Below the pieces are notes generated by a model. It saw nothing but the letters and a program-made list of their open reading frames with translations, was not told the DNA's origin and did not search any database. The translations under genes were made by a program, and so were the position numbers. Positions 13,901-29,165 of a DNA stretch of 64,000 nt are shown here, one piece after another. Origin of the DNA: Octopus sinensis (Eukaryota); NCBI RefSeq assembly GCF_006345805.1, contig NC_043003.1, positions 84,754,001 through 84,818,000 on the forward strand, in the 5' to 3' direction. The stretch's first letter is position 1. Each line of letters begins with the position of its first letter.

Positions 13901-15944
13901 CTCGTTTCACGTTTCCATTCGTCAACCAGAGTCAGCAGTCTTTATTCCCAACATTTTGGTAGTATAGTTCCATCTCTTTCCATCTGTTTGCTCCGTCGTT
14001 CTTTCTTTTCTCTGAATTCTCCTACTGTTTCGGTCACTTCTTGGGTATCGTTGGCAGCCGATAGTATACTTTATTTACTCTGCACAACATAATTTTTCAG
14101 ACCCCGTCTTCTGCGTTTAGCAATCCTCTGCCACCTTCCTATCTTGGTAGGTAGACTCGGCCGGTATTGCTTTTAGGGAGGAGTGCGTTGTGCATTGTGA
14201 GCACTTTCCTAGTTCTATCCAAGTTCTGTAGCTCGACCTTTGTCCATTTCAGAAAGAGAGCAGAGTATCTCAATACGGACACAGCCCAGGTATTTATGGC
14301 TTTAATGATGTTGCAGTCATTTAATTTTGTTTCGAGGACCCTCCTAATTCTTCTCTTGTACACTTTAGTGACTTTCTTTCACATTTATCCTTCCATTATC
14401 CTATTGTCTTGCACCATTCCTAGATATTTGTACTCCTCATTATTCCACAACGATCTAATGATATTGTTTTCTGGCAATTTAATTCCATCACAGTTTACAT
14501 TCCAGCCTCTTCAGAACTGCCTTCCGTTATTTCTACTGAATACTCTCTGTTTTAGTTTCTGTAAACAGCTTGAGATCATCCACATAAAATAGGTAATTTA
14601 CTCTCATCTTGGATTTGGTAAACTCATAAGTAGGCCTGGATCTTCTTAGTCAATGGGATTAGCACAATGACAAAAGGTAATGGAGAGAGCTAGTCTCCTT
14701 GGAAAATGTCCCTGCGTATTTTCACGTAGCCTAGTGTGGGAAACGTTGGCACTGCTTCCCACACTTTCATTGCTTTCTCCAAAAACTTGTTTATCTTTTC
14801 ATTGACTACGAAATTCTTCAGACATTCCAAGAACCAGTTGTGTAGGGCATTGTCGTAAGTCATCCTGTAATCTATCCATCCAATAGCTAAATCCTTCTTT
14901 ACTCGTACTTCGTTTAATATTCTTGTATCTGTATATAGCAGATCAGCAGTTCCCCATGATTTCTTCCTTAATTTCTGTGCTTAAGGATAGGAAACGGTAG
15001 AAATAAGGTGGTCAGGTAGATTTTACACTTTACACCTGGTGAACATTTATTTATTAGTTAATCAAGGGAACTTTTTTCTTGTGGAATAGCACTGAAAATT
15101 ATTTGTCATAGCGGAGGAAGCACTGTTCACGTCACCCATATAAAAAGAGGAGAAAAAGACGTAAAAGTATTAGTACATAATTTGTGTACCTGATTCTTCA
15201 AGACTGAGAACGAAGCTAGGTGACATGATGCAGTGGTATGTCACACACCTGCCAACAAACTGGGGCCGCAACGTATAGAATTGAAGAATACAAGATTTAC
15301 AATGTATAGAATGAAAGACTATAGGATTCACAGCCAGAGATATTGGTTTTGGTGAGAATCCTTAGCTCGTTGTCACCTTCACTCGTTGTCACCTTCGCAG
15401 CACAGTATGGACCGTGGGTGAGTTTAGAGAGAACGCAGAACAGTGTATGGTCGGGGGAAGTCCCACTTTCTTCAAGATTCCTTATTATCTTAATCAGTTC
15501 CATTTTGCTTTCTTTTAAGTATAATATTTTCTATCTACTGTTGTTACATTATGGTAGCTTTTATTTGTTTCAAACTCCATCTTCCTTCTGTGCAGGGAGG
15601 AAATATTCTGCTTATATTTGCTTCTGGGGATGCCTTCAGAACATTATTGAAATAGTTTTCCAGTCTAAGAATTTTTAATAACTTCTGTTTTATGTCGTAG
15701 TTGTTTTCTGTAAAACATATGACACGAGCACGAATATTTATATTTATTTCATTTCTGACATTACTAGTCTAGTTATTCTGTAGTACTCATTTCAAATTTC
15801 TCCTTCATTTCCTTTATGTGTCCCAGTTTCTTCGACTCGAATCCTATGTATTTGTATAGGTGACTGTGATGTAATTCTCAAATTTAGTTCGTTTTATCTA
15901 TCTAATCTATCTAATCTATCTATCTAATCTATCTAATCTATCTA

Positions 15945-16002
<58 letters not shown>

Positions 16003-17495
16003 TTTCTCCAAATTGAGGAAATGAAGCAAGGTTACATATGTTTCTTAGCTAGCAGAACCTCGGAAGTAATAATTACTCGACGAAGGCTACTCCACTAGCT
16101 AGAAGGTACCTTAGTAAAATGAAGGTTATATTCGATCGATCAAATCTGCAAGTTAACTTGGGATCCCTTGACGACCATGTAACCTTCATTTAATTAAGGT
16201 ATCTTCGGCCTGATGAGTGGTTAGTTAAATACCCCTCGTTCAGTAATTATTACTTCCGAGGTTCTGTTAGCTAGGAAACAAACTTCCTACACCTGAATCC
16301 TTGAATCTTACATTGATTTATAAGCCTATCCTCGAGGGAGCCAGACACACTCCAAAGTCGGTCACTCTAGTGGTTTACTGTCTGTTCGATGTCAAATTTC
16401 CTTTCATCAGTAAACACCGTGCTGAAGGCACGCTGTGGGCAGCGTGCCTTCAGCAATCTGATGCAGAATACGATGACTTCTTTTCAGTCTCATGGCCTTG
16501 TAAACTCGCGTAAGCTCATGACGGTGGATCATCTGGTAGAGGTGGATCCTGAGCACCACCCTCAGCACTTGATACTTCGATGTTCGGCTTATTTATGCTG
16601 TGGCAGTTAGTTTTCTGACAGAATTATGAGGATTTGACGCATCTTTTCTCTAGTAATTTTGATAAGCTGAGGAGTCTGTACACTTCTTTTTCGGCCATGT
16701 CCAGGTCGATCAGCTGTGGAACCAGCCTCTTGAAAGTTTTTGACAATTTTTCAGACAGTTGTTCGGTTAATTTTAAGCATTTTTGCTATAGTGGAATTAC
16801 TTTCGACGCCCTTGTGGAGAGTTATGAAGATAGTTTGGTCTATAGCCATTATCTAACTTACAAATCTGAATTTATTTAGTCTGAAACAAAAGAAGACACA
16901 CTCAGTTTTTATAGTAATGTATAATTTTCATATTTTATCACATTTATTGATAGTTATTAAACACCTTTCTACTGTTAAACACCTTTCTACTGACCGTTCC
17001 TCTACGCACATGTGAAGAGACACGCAACTACACAAAAGACCACCACTCTTGTTACCATGCTTCTGAATTCTTCCTACAACATTAAGAGACACAAAGTTCA
17101 TTCACACATGCACATACAAACATCCAACACCGCACAAACAACACACATACACAACACATACGCACCCACACATGATTTTACACATACACACACAGACTTG
17201 CGCGCATGCACATACCCACGCATACACACTCATACCTCCTTCTTTTAAGCTCTCCTGTCTCAGAAAGAACTTTTTTTTCATCCATCCCCTTCTGGTCATT
17301 TCAAAATGTAACCACATTTGAATCGTTGACGATTTTCTTCTCCCGTCTTCGTTTGTATTGGACTTTCCTCTGTTTCTGAAGAAGAGCGATACTCGAAACG
17401 TTAAACCATCTTTCTTTCCCTGAGCGTCGGCTAAAACTTTACATGTGCCACGTCCTCGTGCTGTTGTTTATTTGTTGTTGTTTTCGGGGATTTAC

Positions 17496-17529
<34 letters not shown>

Positions 17530-20500
17530 TATATGTATATCTAATATATATGTCTTCTTCTTTTCTCTTCTTCCTACTCCTCCTCCATTCCTACTCCTCT
17601 TCCTCCTCATCCTCCCTCCTCCTCCTCCTCCTACTACTACTCATTATCATCGCCATCATCACTTAAGAATCTACTACACCTCTGTGTTCATGAAATGTGT
17701 ATAGTATTGCCTTTTAGAAGGGTAGGATTGTGTTGTATGTTATATAGCTGCTTTGTAGAATTTGGTTTGTTGCTTCCTGGTGTTATTTAGGAGTGTTGTC
17801 TCTTTTATCTTTTGTTCTATACCAGTGGTTCCCAAACTTTTTCGGGCACCCAAGCCACAGTCTTAAGCCCCCACCTAAACTTATCACCACAAACATAGAC
17901 CTCTTACTGAATCAAATTGAAAGCAAATGCATTTCACAAATAAAACTTAACCTCATTAACCTATTATTTTGTTGTTTTTACACCAGTCGCCCAATTGATT
18001 ACTCCATTATCATCCCACTTTCAATTCCCCCTCAGAGCTTTCCACTGCCCCCCAGAGGGCAGTACTGCCCACTTTGGGTACCACTGCTCTATAGGGTCTG
18101 TGCAATGTGAGCTATTTTGTTGAGTGACGTTATATTTCGTATGTGTTACTTGAGTCGTGCTACATGTTTCAGCGCTAGGTGGGACAGTACTTGAGTAGAG
18201 AATGAGTTGTCAGAGTTGTTGGTGGTTTGAATTGTGTAATAGTGTCAGGTATCGATTAAACAGTGTAACGGATTTTTTATCTGTTTCTTTTTGCCTTTGG
18301 TCAGTAAGTGTTATTTCCTATCTGCTTCTACCTAGAAATCAAAGAAAATGACTATTATTCACTTCATTCTTTGTTTTTGTGTCATGGGAATCAATGTTTT
18401 AAAACTGACCTATTTTCCATTTCATTTCAGACAGAGTCGGTGCTGAGTTGCTGAAACAGAAATATTTTTATAGCAAATATAACAAATTTACTTGTCAGTT
18501 GCTCGACCTTAACCACTTGAGCATATCCCTTAGTGGCTGACAATATGTGTATTTCTGATCATGAGCAGGAGTAGTGGGGGAGCACCATAGCCATATGTTG
18601 AGAAAGATTCTTTGAGGTTTGAATAAATGTAACAAAAGCAAAGTTTGAAGGAATTATTAGCCATTTTTTATACTTTCTAAGGGTAAGCAAATATGAAATA
18701 TTTATCCAAGACCAAAAATTGTGAATACAGTGTTATTTAAGAATATTACTATATAAATTTGCTGGGTGGTGATTACGTAGGATATATGTTGTTAGGTTTG
18801 TGTTATATTGTCAGAGAGTAATTCTGGAGATGCCTCAAGTTTTTATAGCGTATGGGTTATGACGTGTACTATGTGAATTGTGATATTGTATTGAAAGTGT
18901 ATCGCATGGGATGTAAAGCTGAAAAGTCTGACTGGCCTTTTATCTTCTTGTTCATATTCTTTTTTACCGTATTCAAAATGCTTAGCAGCACTTCGACCAT
19001 CTTAACGTTCTAGGTTCAAATTTCGCCGAGGTAATCTTTGCCTTTCATCCTTTAGGGAGTCGATAAATTAAGTACCAGTCAAGTACTGGGGTCGATGTGA
19101 TCAATTATTCCCCTCAAACTCCAGACCTTCTACCTACAGTAGAAAGGATTCTTCTTTACCCTATCAGTTATTATTGAGACCGTTTTAACATTCATTTCCA
19201 CATCCTGCCCATTTTCAGTTCAAGATCCTAATAATTTGATACGTTCTCGACCACCTTCTAGGTACTATTTTTTCCGGAAGGGTTCAGACATCTATGAGAA
19301 TACAGATAATTTTAAGCCCGTCTCTGATAATTATATCTCGAGGTTTTGCTACCAGCTCATACTTAGTTTGTACATGCAAGCTCCATATTAGTTTTACCAT
19401 GTACCATGTTTCGTTCACGCTTATATACTTCTCAGTATTCACTTCGAAATGTTAGTATTGCCTTTTAGAAGTTAAACACCTTTCTAGTGAATATAGCTGC
19501 TTAGTCGATAGAGTTTGTGGAAATATTCTGACTTTGCAAGGATTGAAGAGCAAAATGGACGGGTTCAGCTGTCTCGTTATACTGATCGCATAGTTTGCAC
19601 TGATGTTAGCGCCTTGTTTATTTTGTGATTTAAAGTTTTTCTCTCCCTGCGTGGCTAAACATTGCTCTTGTTGCGGCTAAACCCAAGCCTGACGTTGTTC
19701 CTTTTCACCTGAAGCTTTTGGAGATAGCATTGGTATTTTTCTCTTATTAAGTTTCTTTCTATTGTTAAGTGTTATCTATTGCATGTTATGAAGACGCATG
19801 GCTCAGTGGTTAGAGCGTCAAGCTTACGATCGTGAGGTTGTGAGCTCGAATCCCGGACCGGGCTGCGTGCTGTGTTCTTGAGCAAGACACTTTATTTCAC
19901 GTTGCTCCAGTTCACTCAGCTGTAGAAATGAGTTGTGACGTCACAGGTGCCAAACTGTATCAACATTTGCGTTTCCCTTGGATAACACTGGTGGCGTGGA
20001 GAGAGGAGACCGGTATGCATGGGCGACTACTGGTCTTCCATAAACAACCTCGTCTGGACTTGTGCCTGTAAGGGTAACTTTCAAGGTGCAATCCCATGGT
20101 CAGAGCTGTGACCTAAGGGGGACTCAGATTGCATGTTGTCTATGATCTGAAATTTTATAGTATGTTCGTAGTCTTGCTTTGAAAGACAGATGACGTTCAT
20201 ATGAATAGCATAGAACTTTCTCAATACCGAGCTGAAACTTGGTAGCCAGGTGTATTTTTGTCAGCTTTGCTGTGTTGTGGTGATTCCAGATATACTTAGC
20301 TGGAGCTAATGCAGGACAAACTGATGTAATGCGATGGAAAGTATAGCAAATAGATCTCCGTCCGTTTTGACGATGATCCTTGAGTTGTTCAATTAACTGA
20401 GCTACCTGCTCATTGGATTAGATTGTCATTCTCAGGCACATCCAACATGACTGTGTGTGTGTGAGAAGGCAAAACTCTCAGATCTGAGATAAATTCATCC

Positions 20501-23014
20501 AACGAGTTTCTTTTTGTTTAATGTTCCATTTTTACTCACAAGGTTTCGGTAGATGATAAACTACGTTAAAAGATACTTACTCAAGATGCCACACAATGAG
20601 AGCATCGACACAGAAAATGCACTACACAGGCGACGAATGTCGCCAGTGTAGTGTATGTAAGAATCATGGACATTCCTTCAATATATCTAGTTGTAAGAAC
20701 CTGCTAGATAGCCATGCTTCTGTAGCCCCAACATACTGGATATGACTACGTGGTGCAGAGGAAGCGTCTATTTTATACATGCGTCTATTTTATATATTCA
20801 GTTCATGGTAGCACTGCGCATGTTAGAGATCATCTTTATGGTGCTGTTGGCGTTATTGTTTGGCCCCTAAGGTCCACATTTATTGGGTAACCAGACATTA
20901 ACAAAAATCCTTTAACTGTTACTGCCCTGTCATTTTACATTAAATTTAATTTACTTTTTTCTCCATTCAGACAGGGAGTGGAATTTGAGGGAGATATGAC
21001 TGCTTCTTCTAGCGATCACTTTGTAGTCCACTTTTCAGTAGGGTTGTTTTTGCTGTTGTTGTATATATTCTTTATGAAGATGTTTCTTTTGTTTGTTTGT
21101 TTTCCTTCGATGTTATTTTTGTTGATGCTGTTGTTCTTGTTGATTTTGTTGTTGTTGCTGTTGTTTAACTCCAGGTCAGCACGAAATCGAGCGGCCATAT
21201 ATGATGTCAGTGTTCACCGCTTTTTACCTCCAAATAGTGCACTACATTATACAATGTGACCTTTTCATTGTAAGGCTTTAGGGCGTGATTTGAAGGAGAT
21301 GGGCTGGTACTTTTAGCAGGCCAAAATAACTCCGTACATACGCATGCGCATATTTTTTTTTATCAAAGTCATCATTTGTGTCATTGATATAAGCGTTTTT
21401 ATTGATTTTCGATTTTAGGTTCTAGTCGATCGAAATATAATTCGATTGTTTTCTGGTTTTTGGGTGTGTGTTAAAAAGAATAATACTCCAGTACCGATAA
21501 ACATTTACTATAAGGTTATACGACTACAGTCGACGATGTTGCGATTTAGGAGAGTCGTTAGAACGTCGGATAAAATGTTCAGGATTTTATTCTGGCCCTC
21601 TTCCTTCTGCGATCAAATCCTGCTGAGATCAACTTTACTTTCCATACTTACGAGATCGATAAATATAGTATTTGTCCGGCTCTAAGGTCAATTTCTTCTT
21701 CTGTCTTACTTTCCCTCAATCTATTTCTCATTGGAAGAAATCGACTGTATTCAGTACTAGAGAGGGATAGGCTTCACCAGGTTTCAAATACCCAAGATAT
21801 GCTGTATGTCATAGCGCCACCCCAACAAATCCGTTAGGAGTTAAGAACATCTCCCTACGAATCAATAATGTCAGGTAACAAGACATCTTGTGAGTAGGAA
21901 AAATAGTGGGATGTCAGTGATGACAGCCTTCTTAATGTATAGATCATCAATATGAGAGAGACGACATTTTGATGTTACTCTCCAAATGACTTACCGAGAT
22001 CGGAGGTACAATTCATTCTCAAGGATTTACCAACCACAAGGATTCTCAAGGATTTACAAACCACAAATATCTTCCAATTTATAGAGACTACAAAATGATA
22101 ACAACATTTAGCGGTTCTTTATCCACTCCCTTACTATTTCTCTCTTTTTTTCTTATTGATAAGAACTGGATATACTTTTTAGTATGTCATAGCTTTATAT
22201 TTTCACACGAACGTTTACATAAAAGCAGATATGTAAATAAATAAATACACTGCATCCCGCTACCCAATAATTGCCTACCACCATTTCTTCTTGAAATTTA
22301 TAGTGGACGAATGTCGTATTTATAAAGTAATATATGATATTTGTTTTAGGAAACACCATGCATTTCAGTCTAAATAACATGTTCTTATGTTCCAGTTCAT
22401 TTACTACAGAACCATATGTTAAGGCTTGGACTACAAACATATCAATGGGGTAGGGGGTATTTAAATAGGTTTTTAGGCTACATGCCTTCCATGAAATATA
22501 AGGTTTGGTTCCGACTTTAGGGCTACGAGTAAAACATCATGGTATTAACTTTGTTTACAAAGAAGGAAAGATAATATAAGAAAGTAAAGTATACGTAACT
22601 TTCTCTAGCTTTGTTATAGATTCAACCACGAATCGAAACCAGATTGTAGACTACTTTGGCTTTATAGATCACCATTTCTGCCTTTGGTTTGAGAATTTTT
22701 TTTTTTTTTGCGTCTTAGATTTCAATTTCAGACTTCAGTGGATTTATATTTAATTTGCTATATTGCTTGACGTTCGCATTCAACAAATCAACCAGCGTAG
22801 AAAAAATCTTTATTTGGTTTGAATCATACGGTCCTAACAACTTCATGTGAGGCTAAGTTCTCACGCAAAATACATTAATATACGCTGTGATACAAACGCC
22901 GATTTTACATACAGCAATACCCATATAGGTACTATGTATGTATGTATGTATGTATGTATGTATGTATGTATGTATGTATGTATGTATGTATGTATGTATG
23001 TATGTATGTATGTA

Positions 23015-23060
<46 letters not shown>

Positions 23061-25358
23061 AGAGAATAAAGTGTACGTACGCCGCTATATATATATATAT
23101 ATATGTATAATACAAAATGGGACAAGAACGCAAAACATCTAAATAGACGATACGGACGGGTCATTCGAAGCCTTTAATCTTCAGTCAAGAATCGGATCAT
23201 CCTCGCAATTTCGGCTATGCAGAGGTGGGCACCTTTAATCGGAAAGTTAACTTCGTTTCTTTCCAAAAAGTCAACTTCGTTCACCATTAATGCGTTAATA
23301 CTTTGAAAATGTAACAGAAGTTAACATTAATCCGTTAACGTTAACTTTAATTGAAAAAGGCATAACTATAGTTTAATACCCCACAATTTTGCTGCCTCAT
23401 AACTTCCAGAAAAATGGATACTTTTTAACGAAGCTTTCACCAAATAATTGCTTATATCCTATAGGTTGAGTATATGTAACGATTTATTTGGAAAAATTGT
23501 CTGAGTGGTTGGATAGAGGAGTTTCGTGAAACCCACAGGACCCGACATAGGTATTTTTTAATGAAATTTTATACAAATACCTTTCAAACGGCGTTAGTTA
23601 CGATTACAAAGAAATTTGTAGGCAAAAGTTTTGGAAGGGGGTGGGATGGGGGGAGGTTCTGATCAGGCAGCCCACACAAGTTGGAGCTTCTCCGGTTTAA
23701 CAGGGAATTTTTCCAGTGTTTTAACCAAAGTTTTCAGAATGATGGGAGGCATCTTTTCACGAAAAAAATGTTTTAAGTTTCAAAAAATTTTTTTCACCCT
23801 CGTCAGCCCCTCACCACCCTATTGCGAAACGATTTGGGCTATTTTTTCTCTACGTACTTAAAACCCGCGAGAGAAACATTTCCGGTTTTTCAAATATTGT
23901 CAATAATTTCAAAGGAAAACATGTGATTTAAGAGGGATCTGGCTATTGCTAGAAGCACATCCCCAAAGCTCCCTTCTCGTTTCTTTCCCACTCACACGCC
24001 TATTGATATTCTTCAATATTTTTCTCCCCATAAACAAATTTTATGGAATGATGATGTCAAAATAACCCACGTGTCGTCCCAACTGAGCGAGGCCGTGTTA
24101 TGTGTGTGTGGAAGAAAAAATCACCTAAAATCATCTTTAGTGTCAAATATAATGCTTATTTGTTCACGTTATTTTGAATTATTCAGGTTCAAGAGAGGTG
24201 TCCACAATATTTGCTTGCAACTTTGTAAATCTTTTACATACAGATTTGAAATTTTATCAGTGGGTGCTTTATATACTACTGGTTTATAGTTATGTAATTT
24301 TAGCTGATCTTGCTTAGTAAATTTGACTTTTATGGGCAGGTAAATCTAATGAACAGGTGTAAATGCAATAACATTAATGATAAACACTAAAATTGAAATT
24401 CTTAATGCATCTTAATTGTTTGATTTGTTACAAAAACTATCCCAGATGGCAAACGACAAAAATTTTGCCACTTTTCAAAATGAGGTACATTAATTTGAAT
24501 TAATTAAAATACAGGTACAGTCGGTACAAGATTTTATTCTTTCGGTAAATATATCGTACCTCGGTGTGGAGTAATATTTTTTCATAGTTTTTTTCTGGTG
24601 CATTCAATGTATCTGACCTTCAAACCCGCCGCAAACCACATTTTCCCGGAAAAGAAAGATGGTGGGGACCTCGAAGTTTCCCCACCAAGGGAGTTTTGTT
24701 TCACGGGTCTTTTTTTCTTTTCCATGTTATTTTGCATGCTTTCAACGAATGTGACATTGAAAATTCACGTAAACGGCTCTATTTTCCAGAAAAGGACACA
24801 TTTAGCTTCTACTTCAAGCATGCCCTATTACCACGTAACAGCTATTTGCGTTCACACCGAAATATTTAACAACTTTGTTCGTTCTATTTATTTTTTCCAC
24901 TTTATGGAAGTCAATATTTTCTCTGTTGGCATCCACCTCTGCAAGGTCACGGATCAAGTGGAAACACATCAATCACTGTTTCCTCTTGACAGGACAAAGA
25001 AATTTCCCGATGTCTTTGCATGCAACAAGCTGGTGGATGTGGTTTCAAATCCAGATAGGACCAAACGAGGTCCTACAAGTTACTTATAATAATAAGTGAC
25101 GTTATATCGGGGCTGAAAGAATAACGCGTACAATATTAAATATGCTGAGACAATCTGTAAACAATAGAAACTTTTAAACGTTTGCCAGTTTTTACGAAAT
25201 TTTGGAGTTAACGGACTTGAGTTAACGGAAGTTAAATGTAACGGAAGTTAATTAGTCCGACAATGATTTTCAAAGTTAACCTAAAAGTTAAATCGCTAAC
25301 GAAAATGTTAACTTCATAAATTAATGATTAAAGGATTAACGAATTTACGCCCAGCTCC

Positions 25359-25445
<87 letters not shown>

Positions 25446-25475
25446 TACATACATACATACCTGTGCCCGCGGGCG

Positions 25476-25521
<46 letters not shown>

Positions 25522-26343
25522 TGAGGAAAAGAAAGATATATGTACATGAGAAATAGAAAGATGGACGTTGGTCACACGCATACATTTCCAAGTAAGTTGA
25601 TCTTAATAATTTTGATGCGACTCTGCCCTGTACAGTTCTCTCTCACCCCCTCTCGTTTTCTCTCTCTTCTTTTCTCTATTTTTCCCCTTTCTCCTTTCGT
25701 TTTTTCTCCTCTCATCCTTTCTCTAATTCTTTTTTCTCCCCTTCACCGTTTTCTATCTGTCTCCCTCTCTTCTCTCCTCCCCTTACTCTCTCGTTGCTTA
25801 CACGTGACCATCGTCCATCTTTCTTTTCCTCACGCGATCATCTTTCTTTTCTATCGGTCTTTCGCACAGACCAGGCGCATTCTTGTCTGTCTCCTTTCCT
25901 ATCTTTTCTCCTGTCAAAAATGTTCCTCCAGCGTTGCCACCTTACCTCGTCTGGCCTAGCACTGTTTGTTTTCACTGTCTTGTTTTTGTTACCAACTTTG
26001 ACCCTCCGCAAATCCCAAATTTTATTTTGGTTCGTGAGAGCAACTGTTTCTCAAAGGCACATATGTGGAGTAGATAAACAGTTGACAACTGATGAAGGGT
26101 CGTTTTACTTTTCTTGTTTTCCATTTGTTTTTCTCGTTGTTCGCATACAAAAGTTTGTCTTCGTAGTTCATGTTGTTTTCGTATTTCCTGTTGTTTACAT
26201 TTTGTGACGTCCTGTACCCATATATGTATATTCATATATACATATATATATGTAAGTATGTGCATATATGTATGTATATATGCATATATATATTTCTTTA
26301 TTTATATGGTTGAACGCCACGCATCCATTTCCAAGTAAGTTTA

Positions 26344-26394
<51 letters not shown>

Positions 26395-28282
26395 AAAAAA
26401 GGTTTGAAAATGCAATTTAAACGATGTTTATTTACTTAACCGGTTTCACTCTTCGGTAAAAGATTGTCAAAAGTTACATTTAAGGAAACATTGAATAATA
26501 TGGGTTCAAAAAAGTTTTTTACATAATTGTCACATTGAATATTATGCATTCAAAAAAGTTTTTACATAATTGTCACATTGGATATTATGAATTCAAAAAT
26601 GTTTTTTTATACATAATTGTCACATTACATGTATAAATATAGTGTTTGGTAACAGAGAAGTTCAATAGTGTGATGAGAATATTTGGGAAAATTTGGCAGA
26701 AAAGGATAAAACAAATATATTATTGGGAATTGGTTGCGTTAATTATTGGTTGTCGCAAATTGTCACATTACATGTATATATATACAATCTTTGGTATATA
26801 TATATACAGCCTTTTGACAGCAAAAATTAAAATGGATTTTTTATACATCTCAGAATATTTTAAGTACAAGGCGAGAATATGTTTTTACTGACCTGTCGGT
26901 ATTAGCAGAAAGGCTGAACTGAGAGAACAGAGGAAGTAGCCAATGTGGTGTATACTTCCCCTTTATGCATGAATGATTTTGGGGTTATCAGGAGGTTAGT
27001 ATGCGGGTGTGAATAGATGTGTCCGTGCCCGCTGGTCAGATAGCGTCTGTTTGTCACACACATATATACACACACACACACACAACAACACACACACACA
27101 CATAGTAAACAAACACACACCACATACAAACAACACACACACAGAACACACACACCCACACACAACGCACCCACATATATCACATATACACACAGCACAC
27201 AAATATAATATGTATCTATATATAACATACACAGATATATAACACACATACACACACCACACACACACACACACACACACCACACACACACGCACACATA
27301 CATACATAATATAAATATCACACAAATACACCTAGCATATATATACACACATACATACACACATACAGCATGTAAGTATTATACATACACAATATATGCA
27401 TGCAATATACATACGCAGTACATACATATAATATATATATATATAGACAATGCATATACATATATACACATATACATATAAATAGTGTTTACATACACAT
27501 ACATAGATGTACCACATATACACACAATACACATACATACAACGCATACACATACACGTACGCATACATATAATATATATATACACACACACACACATAA
27601 CATACATACACAATGTATACATATATATACACGCAATGCACATACATGTATTCATGCACATATAGCACACCTACAATATACATATATACAATGTACACAT
27701 ACACACACATATATACACTTAATTGTAGACCTTTGTGCACACAATAAGTCCCCCAAATTCTTAGTCTTCCCCTATACCAATGCTCGGACAACACCACAGA
27801 CCAAACACGAATAATAAGGAAAGTAATCTTATTCAAAATACAGACCACAACTAAACATACTCTAACATACCCCCTGGAAACACATCCAGATCAAGCACAC
27901 AGGGACGCGCGCACGCTCACAGCATATCGTGCGGGCGGGCACATGCGCGCATCGGCACGCATAGGACACACTAGCGGGCATTGACCGCACACATACGTGG
28001 CATGCACACGCATGCATTATATAATGTAGGTGATGTATGTGTGTGAGTGTTGTGTGTGTGTGTGTGTGTGTGTGTTGTGTGGGGTGTGCACGTTGTGTGT
28101 GTGTGTGCGCGGGTGTATAATATATGTGTGTGTGTGTGTGCACTGTGTGCGTGTGTGTGTATGTGTGTGCGTGTGCGCGCGTTGTGTGTATGTGTGTGTG
28201 TGTGCACTGTGTGCGGGTGTGTGTGTATGTGTGTGTGTGTGTGTGAGCATTGTGTACGTATGTATGTATTTACATGTGTATT

Positions 28283-28334
<52 letters not shown>

Positions 28335-29126
28335 TGTGTGTGTATATGCATGGTATGTGTGTATATGTTAGTACTTTGTTTGTGTGTGTGCGGCATGTAG
28401 AGATATATTTGAGTGTGTACGCTATAGGTTTGTAATTTGTGTGGGGGGGGGGTGAATTTTTTATATATATATATATGTATGTGTATGTGTGTGAAAAAAT
28501 ATATGTATGTGCATGTATGTATGTATGTATGTGTGTATATATATATATATATGTGTATATATATGTGTGTGTGTGTATGTGTGTGTGTGTGTGTATTTAT
28601 TTGCTTGTTTATGTGTGTATAAACATGTACATTATTTGCATGCGCATTGTGTATATGTATATTGTATGTATGTGTATTGTATATGTATGTACAATTAAGT
28701 GTATATATGTGTGTATGTGTGCATTGTATATATGTATATTGTAGGTGTGCTATATGTGTATGAATACATGTATGTGCATTGCGTGTATATATATGTATAC
28801 ATTGTGTATGTATGTTAGGTGTGTGTGTGTGTATATATATTTATATGTATGCGTACGTGTATGTGTATGCGTTGTATGTATGTGTATTGTGTGTATATGT
28901 GGTACATCTATGTATGTGTATGTAAACACTATTTATATGTATATGTGTATATATGTATATGCATTGTCTATATATATATATTATATGTATGTACTGCGTA
29001 TGTATATTGCATGCATATATTGTGTATGTATATTACTTACATGCTGTATGTGTGTATTGTATGTGTGTATATATATGCTAGGTGTATTTGTGTGATATTT
29101 ATATTATGTATGTATGTGTGCGTGTG

Positions 29127-29165
<39 letters not shown>

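Noticed and set aside
18431-18620. Acceptor-like site TTTCATTTCAG followed by apparent coding sequence
   Set aside because: The downstream sequence is a partial family C repeat with no CUB motifs.
19796-19870. tRNA-like sequences (also 2150-2240, 43290-43370, SINE A heads)
   Set aside because: They continue into SINE bodies and lack complete cloverleaf acceptor stems; not tRNA genes.
20969-21040. Strong acceptor followed by an open frame [22 protein letters not shown], superficially like a CUB part-B exon
   Set aside because: It lacks C.W.I and the 125-bp size, and similar GATTTGAxGGxGAT sequence recurs at ~21285, 23930 and 36780 (a repeat). Exon 31956 fits the frame and motifs perfectly.
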